Assembly (NCBI GenBank): GCA_023819145.1
Contig: JAMWCW010000007.1
Coordinates: 16,876-80,875 of the forward strand
Direction of reading: 5' to 3'
DNA from: Candidatus Omnitrophota bacterium
GTDB taxonomy: Bacteria > Omnitrophota > Gorgyraeia > DTHP01
Length of the DNA stretch: 64,000 bases
In this document: piece by piece, positions 55,121 through 64,000 of the stretch
Layout of the letters: each line of letters starts with the position of its first letter
Position numbering within the stretch: position 1 is the first letter of the stretch
Translations under genes and position numbers: made by a program
Notes under the pieces: generated by a model
What the model was told of the DNA's origin: nothing
Database searches by the model: none
What the model saw: only the letters and a program-made list of their open reading frames with translations

Positions 55121-57475
<2,355 letters not shown>

Positions 57476-57479
<4 letters not shown>

Positions 57480-58522
57480 ACTATCAACATGGCATCGCCA
57501 TAGGAGTAAAAGCGATATCTCTTCTCAATCGCCTCCTGATAGGCCTTTCTCCAGACAGCCGAACCGCAAAAGGCGGCAATGAGCATCAAAAGCGTGGATT
57601 TGGGGAAATGAAAATTGGTTAAAAGCATATCGGTCAGTTTAAAATCGTAGGGAGGATAGATAAAGAGACTAGTGTAGCCCTGTATTTCTTGTGGAAGCCA
57701 GAAGCCAGAAGTCTTAAGTTGACATGCTACTGTTTCCAGAACACGGCAGGAAGTAGTACCCACGGCTATGATCTTTCTACCTTTCTTCTTAGTATCTGAA
57801 ATAATCCTTGCCGTCTCTATAGGAAATTCATAATATTCTTTGTACATCTTGTGGGCTTCGATATTTTCTTCCTTTACCGGCTTAAAGGTGGCATAGTTTA
57901 CATGCAATGTTACATAGGCAATATTTATTCCCTTATTCATAATTTGTTGGAGTAAGTCTTGCGTAAAATGCAGGCCGGCAGTAGGGGCAGCTACTGCGCC
58001 CTCTTTCCGAGCATAAACGGTCTGATACCTTGTTCTGTCCAGCTCAACCGATTTTCTCTTTATATATGGCGGCAGGGGAATATCTCCTGATTTCTCAAGC
58101 GCTTCGTTCAAATCTCCAGAACTTTTGAATTTCAATATTGCAAAACCTTGACCGTCTTTTTCTATCAGCTCTGCGCGTAGTCCATCACCGCTAAAGACAA
58201 TTGCCTCTCCCAAAGAAAACTTTCTCGCCGGTTTCAATAAAGTCTTAAAGGTGTCCTCTTTTATCCTCTCCAACAAAAAAACTTCCACCTTTCCTGAGGT
58301 TTTTTCTCTCAAACCGAATAACCTGGCTGGAATGACCTTGGTGTCGTTTAACACCAAAGTATCACCTTCTCTAAAGCACTGGGTTATGTCGCTAAATTTA
58401 CTGTGGGAAATTTTCCCAGAGGAACGTTCCAAAACAAGCAGACGCGAATCGTCGCGCCTATCAAGCGGAAACTGAGCAATCAATTCTTTGGGTAAATGAT
58501 AATCAAACTCAGAAATATGCAT
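57476..58522 (-). CDS. queA: SAM:tRNA ribosyltransferase-isomerase
   Basis: FDYHLPKELIAQ, PLPPYI, YQTVYA, AAPTAGLHF and YRFYSYGDAM motifs. Confidence 0.97.
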
Positions 58523-58530
58523 TTGTAAAA

Positions 58531-58565
58531 TTACTGATTACGGGTTACCGATTACCGATTACGGA
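58531..58565. repeat. Tandem degenerate heptamer tract (5 units)
   Basis: ttactga-ttacggg-ttaccga-ttaccga-ttacgga, spanning the SpoIID-gene stop codon. Confidence 0.8.
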
Positions 58566-59693
58566 CTTTATTTCTGTTCCCGGATAATAAAACCTTAAAA
58601 TCTCTTCTGACTTATAACCTTTAATTGCCATGAAATACGCTCCCCATTGACAAAGCCCTACTCCGTGTCCCCAGCCATAACCGCGAAAAACTGCCCCATC
58701 GGATTCGAGTTCCACCTCGAAATTTGTACTTCTAATGACCTGGGGGTCAAAAATCTGGCGGAATTCTTTGGCGGCAATCTCAAATTTACCGTTCTCCGCA
58801 ATGACATTTAATTTCCTTATCCGTCCACTGGCATTTTTTTCTTTAGGAACAATACCCAGAATTTTCCCCGAAATATAATATCCATTAGCACTCAACTTCT
58901 CCTTCAGTTCCTTCATAGAAATAAACCTCTCCCACAAATAATGTGGAGATTGATAACAGAAATCACACTTTACTCCCTTCAGTGGAGGAATATCAATATT
59001 CCATAGCTCTGAAGCATCTTCGGTCGCCCCTCCGCAAGTAGCATGGAAATAAGCAGGAAATAGTTCCCCTTTATAAATAAGGACTTTTCCTTTTGTAAGA
59101 TTTACAGCACGAGTAGTGCGGTATCTCTCTGCATTCCTCCCCCCATAAACTTGAGAATAAAAATCACTGGTTAAATCATAATCTTTATTTTTATTTATCC
59201 TCTGTTGATATAGAGCATAGGTACGAGAAGCAATTGCGTGGGCTTTAAGTGCTTCCATGGGCCAATACAATGAAACTTCATGACAAAGTACTCCATAAAG
59301 ATACTCCTCAAGTTCAACGTGATTAATGACAAGGAGTTTTAAACCCTCAGTTTTTAAAATATCTATCTCACCTCTATATTTTCTTCCATTTATAACAACC
59401 TCTCCTTTTTTTCTCAAAGGTTTAATCTTTATACCAGAAACCTTATAATACCGTTCTCCAATCTTTAATCCTTCCACTGAAGGAAAAACCTTTGCTTTCT
59501 TTAAGTAAGAAACTACTTCTATCAATCCAGAATTATTTAATTGTTCTATACTACAGCTCTCATGAAAAGAAATTTCTACGGTAGGAACGTTATTGAATAC
59601 TGCCACCCGCAATATGATTGGCGAGGCCTCTTCTTGAGCAAAAGTTAAATCAGATTTTATAATAAGTAACAAAAATAAAAAAAAATTCTTCAT
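58545..59693 (-). CDS. SpoIID/LytB-domain protein (putative peptidoglycan lytic enzyme)
   Basis: Signal peptide; LEEYLYGV, EALKAHAIASRTY, SQVYGG and GWGHGVGLCQWGA motifs. Confidence 0.92.
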   Translation of the reverse strand: MKNFFLFLLLIIKSDLTFAQEEASPIILRVAVFNNVPTVEISFHESCSIEQLNNSGLIEVVSYLKKAKVFPSVEGLKIGERYYKVSGIKIKPLRKKGEVVINGRKYRGEIDILKTEGLKLLVINHVELEEYLYGVLCHEVSLYWPMEALKAHAIASRTYALYQQRINKNKDYDLTSDFYSQVYGGRNAERYRTTRAVNLTKGKVLIYKGELFPAYFHATCGGATEDASELWNIDIPPLKGVKCDFCYQSPHYLWERFISMKELKEKLSANGYYISGKILGIVPKEKNASGRIRKLNVIAENGKFEIAAKEFRQIFDPQVIRSTNFEVELESDGAVFRGYGWGHGVGLCQWGAYFMAIKGYKSEEILRFYYPGTEIKSVIGNR

Positions 59694-59712
59694 TATAATC
59701 TCTTAGCGTCTT

Positions 59713-59937
59713 TTATTTCATAAAACGACTAACGAACCAGAGAATAAAACTTAAGAGTATACTTAATAGAAGACACGTGGCAAGGGGAAAATATAAACTA
59801 AAATTATTTTTCTTGATTAAGATATCCCCGGGAAGCTTCCCTAACCAAGGAATCCTCTCTCCTAAAACAAAAATAATCCCCAAGCCAAAAAGAACTATCC
59901 CTAAAAATATTAAAAATCTGCCAAATGCGCTAATCAT
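59713..59937 (-). CDS. DUF2905 family membrane protein
   Basis: LGKLPGDI...YFPLATCLLLS motif. Confidence 0.9.
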   Translation of the reverse strand: MISAFGRFLIFLGIVLFGLGIIFVLGERIPWLGKLPGDILIKKNNFSLYFPLATCLLLSILLSFILWFVSRFMK

Positions 59938-60481
59938 TTAAATCTTTCTTTGCTAACCTTTCTTCTCTTTCTATTTTACTGTAAATACAACCACAATAAT
60001 TCTGGCGATAAAGTCCTATTTCTTTTGCTTTGTTCTGTGCTTCATGAAATCCTTCTCTAAAATCATAATATAAAAATTTAACTTTATATTTATCGGCAAT
60101 CTCTTCGCCCAATATTTTGATTTTACTCTGGTCCTGAAACGGACTTACCAAGAGTGTCGTTGAGAAAGAACCAAAATCATTATCTCTGGCATAAGCAGCG
60201 GTCTTAGTCAAACGTAGTTCCCAACATTTAGAACAGCGCGGATAAATCCCCGGATCAACTCTTGTAAAGAAATCTTCGGGTAAATATTCTAAATAAACAA
60301 TCTTAAAATTTTCCCTCTTAGACAATTCATAAAGAGCCTCCCTCCGTTTTATAAATTCTTCCTCGGGATAAATGTTAGGGTTATAAAAAAAACCGGTAGT
60401 TTGGTACCCCTCTTCCTTAAGTTTAGAAAAAGGGTAGATACTACACGGCCCACAGCAAATATGTAATAATACCTTTTCCAT
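59930..60481 (-). CDS. queH: Epoxyqueuosine reductase QueH (DUF208)
   Basis: LLHICCGPC, FYNPNI, RCSKC, TTLLVSP and YRQNYCGC motifs. Confidence 0.92.
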   Translation of the reverse strand: MEKVLLHICCGPCSIYPFSKLKEEGYQTTGFFYNPNIYPEEEFIKRREALYELSKRENFKIVYLEYLPEDFFTRVDPGIYPRCSKCWELRLTKTAAYARDNDFGSFSTTLLVSPFQDQSKIKILGEEIADKYKVKFLYYDFREGFHEAQNKAKEIGLYRQNYCGCIYSKIEREERLAKKDLND

Positions 60482-60492
60482 TTCAAGTTTAA

Positions 60493-61521
60493 TTAAAGAA
60501 ACTCTTTCTGTGATTCCTTGGGATAGGGAATACCAAAGTGTTCATAAGCAAGAGAGGTTACTTCCCTTCCTCTGGCGGTTCTCTTTAAAAAACCAATTTT
60601 TAGAAGATATGGCTCAACTAAATCCACTAAAGTATCTGGTTCTTCATTCAAGGTAGCAGCAAGGGAATCAATGCCTACCGGTCCACCTTTAAAAGAATCG
60701 GTCATCGTCCTCAAAACTTTAATATCCAGAGAATCCAACCCCCGTTTATCAATCCCGAGCATTTCCAGTGCTTTAATGGCTATTTCATGAGTAATTATGC
60801 CTTGGCCTTTTACCTGCGCATAATCACGCACCCTGCGTAATAATCTGTTGGCTACCCGTGGCGTTCCGCGTGCACGCCGTGCAATTTCTTGGATTGCTTT
60901 CTTATCAATCTCTACAGCTAAAATCTTGGCAGAGCGTTTAACCACTTCCATAATTTCTTCTTCGGTATAAAAATCCAAGTGATAAAAAATGCCAAATCTT
61001 CCTCTCAAAGGAGCGCTTAACAATCCGGCTCTAGTAGTAGCGCCGATTAAGGTAAATGGTTTAAGATTAAACTTTATTGTCTTTGCATAAGGGCCTTTGT
61101 CCAAAACAAAATCTATTTGGAAATTTTCCATTGCAGGATAGAGGAATTCCTCCACTACTTTGGAAAGCCGATGAATCTCATCTATAAAAAGAATGTCTCC
61201 TTTTTCTAAATTGGTAAGTATTCCAATTAGGTCTCCCGCACGTTCTATGGCAGGCCCAGAAGTAGCAGTAATCTTTGTCCCCATCTCGTGAGCGATGATA
61301 TGCGCAAGAGAAGTCTTACCTAAACCCTGCGGGCCAGAGAGGAGAATGTGTTCTAACGGTTCTTTTCTATTTAAAGCAGCCGAAATAGTTATATTTAAAC
61401 CTTCTACAACCTTGCCTTGTCCGATAAACTCCTCTAAACGTTGCGGTCTTAAAGAAAGGTTAAAAATTAAATCTTCCTCGGTTTCCTGTGGAACAATTAT
61501 TCTTTCTCGCTCTTCTTGCAT
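60493..61521 (-). CDS. ruvB: Holliday junction branch migration ATPase
   Basis: LRPQ, GPQGLGKT, FIDEIHR, GATTRAG and RGTPRVANRLLRRVRD motifs. Confidence 0.97.
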   Translation of the reverse strand: MQEERERIIVPQETEEDLIFNLSLRPQRLEEFIGQGKVVEGLNITISAALNRKEPLEHILLSGPQGLGKTSLAHIIAHEMGTKITATSGPAIERAGDLIGILTNLEKGDILFIDEIHRLSKVVEEFLYPAMENFQIDFVLDKGPYAKTIKFNLKPFTLIGATTRAGLLSAPLRGRFGIFYHLDFYTEEEIMEVVKRSAKILAVEIDKKAIQEIARRARGTPRVANRLLRRVRDYAQVKGQGIITHEIAIKALEMLGIDKRGLDSLDIKVLRTMTDSFKGGPVGIDSLAATLNEEPDTLVDLVEPYLLKIGFLKRTARGREVTSLAYEHFGIPYPKESQKEFL

Positions 61522-61528
61522 ATCCTTA

Positions 61529-62158
61529 TTACCTCAATATCTTGCGGTTACGATAGATTTCATTCAACAATGCCTCTGTGGTATCTATTGTTGGATTTCT
61601 CTCTAAGGCTTCTTTAATCATCTTTTCTGCCTCGTATTTCTTATATTGTAACTGAAGCAGTACCGTTAAAGCCTCATTTTCAATACTCTCCTTTTCTATT
61701 TTCTCTCTCGGTAATTCCTCATCTTGGATTAGCCCAAACTTACCAATTTTACCCTGTAATTTAGCAACTATCTCTTTAGCCCTCTGTTTACCAATACCGG
61801 GCAGAGAACTGAGAACACCGATATTACCTTCATCAATCGCACGTGCAATCTTGGAGATAGGCATATTTAAAGCCTTTACTGCAGTACGTGGTCCCACTCC
61901 CGAAACACTGATAAAATATTCGAAAAACTCTCTTTCAACCTCATTGGAAAAACCTATCAAAATAGGGATACTTCGATTGGGTTCCATCTGATGATAGTGA
62001 TAAGTAACCAGAGAAATCACATCTTTAACCTGATAGTTCCTCTCGATATTATGCATCACTGTGGGAGGGACAATAATTTCATAACATATTCCCTGGACTT
62101 CTAAAATAATCTGGTTTTCCTTTCTTTCAACGATTGTACCTTCTATACGGGAAATCAT
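61529..62158 (-). CDS. ruvA: Holliday junction DNA-binding protein
   Basis: MISRIEG, VSGVGPRTA and LPGIGKQRA motifs. Confidence 0.93.
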   Translation of the reverse strand: MISRIEGTIVERKENQIILEVQGICYEIIVPPTVMHNIERNYQVKDVISLVTYHYHQMEPNRSIPILIGFSNEVEREFFEYFISVSGVGPRTAVKALNMPISKIARAIDEGNIGVLSSLPGIGKQRAKEIVAKLQGKIGKFGLIQDEELPREKIEKESIENEALTVLLQLQYKKYEAEKMIKEALERNPTIDTTEALLNEIYRNRKILR

Positions 62159-62691
62159 TTCTTAAAAAAATAAAGATTTTGTGATTTGGAAGCTTTTCTT
62201 AAGCGATGACAGTCTGTTTCTACTATATGTGCGTGAGCAAGAGCAAGTGCAAGCGCATCGGAAACGTCTTTCGGTTGAGGAGTTTGTTCCAAGCCAAGAA
62301 GGTACTGAATCATCCTCTGAATCTGTTCCTTTGTAGCATTGCCTCTTCCGCAAATTGCTTTTTTGACACGGGTGGAAGAATAGCCTATAAGAGGAATTTG
62401 CTTTTCTTCAGCCACCAAGCTTATTACCCCTCGTGCATGGCCCATAAGAATCGCGGTTTTAGGGTGACGGTAGTGAGAATAGAGCTCTTCTAAAACAATT
62501 GCATCGGGATGAAATTCTTCGACTAATTTCTTTACTCCTTGATAAATCTTCCCTATTTTCTGAGATAAGGAGAATTTTTGTGTGGTTTTTATCACTCCTG
62601 CTTCTAAAATGCGGGGGTTAAAATTAAGATTTGCCTCTACCAACCCGTAACCTGTAATGTTTAAACCCGGATCAATTCCTAATATGCACAT
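62155..62691 (-). CDS. ruvC: Holliday junction resolvase
   Basis: ILGIDPG, GHARG, GNATKEQ and DVSDALA motifs. Confidence 0.95.
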   Translation of the reverse strand: MCILGIDPGLNITGYGLVEANLNFNPRILEAGVIKTTQKFSLSQKIGKIYQGVKKLVEEFHPDAIVLEELYSHYRHPKTAILMGHARGVISLVAEEKQIPLIGYSSTRVKKAICGRGNATKEQIQRMIQYLLGLEQTPQPKDVSDALALALAHAHIVETDCHRLRKASKSQNLYFFKK

Positions 62692-62913
62692 CTTACAATA
62701 TATCAATTAGTCAAATAGTCGAAAAATAAACCTTTGATTTGTATAATTATATAACCGAAGGAGGAGAATTGTAAAGGAGAAAAAATAAAACTCTAACTGC
62801 GAAATACTTGGATTATGTAGCTAACAACGGAAAGATTAACCTTAATTTTCTATTTCTATTCGTGAGGTCAATAAATACTAAAATACCTAACTTCCCATCT
62901 AAATACTCAGCTA

Positions 62914-63666
62914 TTAACTCCCCGTTACTTCTTTAATAAGCTCATCGGGAACATCAAAGTTAGCATAAACATTCCTTACATCCTCGTGATCTTCTAACTC
63001 CTGAACTAGGGCAAGAACCTGTTTTGCAGCGTCCCCTGTAAGTTTTACCGTATTAGCAGGAAGCATGGTAATCTCTGCGGAGATATATCTTATTTGAGAA
63101 TCGAATAAAGCCTGTTTAACTTTCTCAAAATCCTGAACAGGAGTGGTAATTTCATAATTATCCTCTTGAGTAGTTATATCTTCTGCACCCGCATTTACTA
63201 CAATGTCCATCAACTTTTCTTCGTCTATTTCTTTTTTATCTACTACAATAAAACCTTTTTTATGAAAAATCCAGCTTACACTTCCGGCGCCTGCAAGATT
63301 TCCACCTTTACGGGAAAAGATGGTTCTAATCTCCGCGGCGGCACGATTCTTATTGTCGGTCAAAAGTTCCACCATAATCGCTACCCCATTTGGGCCATAC
63401 CCTTCGATGGTCATCTCTTCGTAACTCACTCCTGGTAATTCTCCCGTTCCTCTCTTTATTGCTCTATCAATGTTATCCGAAGGCATATTTGCCTCGCGAG
63501 CTTTCTGAATTAAGAGGCGCAATTTAGTATTGGTCTCAGGATTACCACCTCCTTGCCGTGCCACAGCAGTTAACTCTTTAGCTATTTTTGAAAAAAGTTT
63601 TCCTTTTTGGGCATCTACCAGAGCCTTTTTATGCTTTATCCCTGCCCATTTAGAATGACCAGACAT
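62914..63666 (-). CDS. yebC: YebC/PmpR family protein
   Basis: MSGHSKW, EGYGPNG, TDNKNR and DVRNVYAN motifs. Confidence 0.96.
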   Translation of the reverse strand: MSGHSKWAGIKHKKALVDAQKGKLFSKIAKELTAVARQGGGNPETNTKLRLLIQKAREANMPSDNIDRAIKRGTGELPGVSYEEMTIEGYGPNGVAIMVELLTDNKNRAAAEIRTIFSRKGGNLAGAGSVSWIFHKKGFIVVDKKEIDEEKLMDIVVNAGAEDITTQEDNYEITTPVQDFEKVKQALFDSQIRYISAEITMLPANTVKLTGDAAKQVLALVQELEDHEDVRNVYANFDVPDELIKEVTGS

Positions 63667-63730
63667 ATCTTACTCCCCCTGTTTACTTTACTGAAACGCC
63701 AAACATTGATTCTAGATAAATAGATTTTTT

Positions 63731-63759
63731 ATTATATACCTTCAAAAGGAATCTGTAAA
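63731..63759 (-). promoter_or_regulatory. sigma70 promoter of yebC
   Basis: TTTACA, 17-bp spacer, TATAAT. Confidence 0.65.
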
Positions 63760-63840
63760 TAATAAAAATTAATCAATCTTTATAATTTGCACCCTCTTTG
63801 TTACTAAATTAAAAACTCACTTAACTCTCTGTTACTAAGC

Positions 63841-64000
63841 TTATTCTTCCTTTGTATCCTTAGGTTTTGCTTGGGCAATAATGCGCTCAGAAATTTTTGC
63901 AGGAACCTCCTCATAATGCGAAAACTTCATAGTATAGAAACCCCTTCCCTGTGTCATAGAACGAAGGTCGGTAGCGTAACGAAACATCTCTGCCAGGGGC
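63841..64000 (-). CDS. fusA: Elongation factor G (domain V, 3' end only)
   Basis: Not in the ORF track. Translates to [33 protein letters not shown]...KEE*. Confidence 0.9.
   Translation of the reverse strand, partial: PLAEMFRYATDLRSMTQGRGFYTMKFSHYEEVPAKISERIIAQAKPKDTKEE

Noticed and set aside
58531-58565. Possible CRISPR or iteron array
   Set aside because: The units are 7 bp with no spacers, and no cas or rep genes are present.
61315-61340. RuvB Walker A reads GPQGLGKT instead of GPPGLGKT
   Set aside because: A single change at a non-catalytic position; all other motifs are intact.
63794-63838. Near-perfect 14-bp direct repeat CTCTYTGTTACTAA after fusA
   Set aside because: Only two copies, upstream of the yebC -35; it could be a regulator site but there is no further support.

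Overview
AT-rich bacterial chromosomal segment made almost entirely of housekeeping genes. All but one confidently called gene lie on the minus strand. Gene content and style suggest a PVC-associated candidate lineage such as Ca. Omnitrophota, but this is inference only. In order along the window: the dcw cluster (mraZ-rsmH-ftsL-ftsI-murE-murF-mraY-murD-ftsW-murG) with MraZ boxes; an acyP...ligA-xerD-cca-ylxP-rbfA-nrnA-truB-ribF block; a frameshifted ~1026-aa single-chain restriction-modification gene just 3' of tRNA-Pro(CGG); a riboflavin operon (ribBA-ribH-nusB-PHP-ribD-ribE-DUF72) under an FMN riboswitch; a divergent GAF-GGDEF gene; smc/nrdR/glyA/rpiB; a purine cluster; a PA2779-like/C39-peptidase-TPR pair beside tRNA-fMet; eno/purN/tatAC/htpX; and yebC-ruvCAB-queH-spoIID-queA-tgt-yajC-secDF, ending in the 3' part of an EF-G gene. 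The most notable observations are: (1) an FMN aptamer inflated to ~286 nt by three hairpin-forming insertions, with an intact terminator/antiterminator; (2) two back-to-back sigma70 promoters whose -35 boxes form one palindrome; (3) a PHP phosphatase inside the rib operon, a candidate for the missing ARPP dephosphorylation step; (4) dispersed 7-bp-period tracts, including an inverted pair inserted in frame in tgt; (5) a double-glycine membrane protein paired with a C39 peptidase; (6) an EF-hand-like loop in HtpX; (7) a single-base frameshift in an A6 tract of the RM gene. No CRISPR array, rRNA, IS transposase or prophage was seen.
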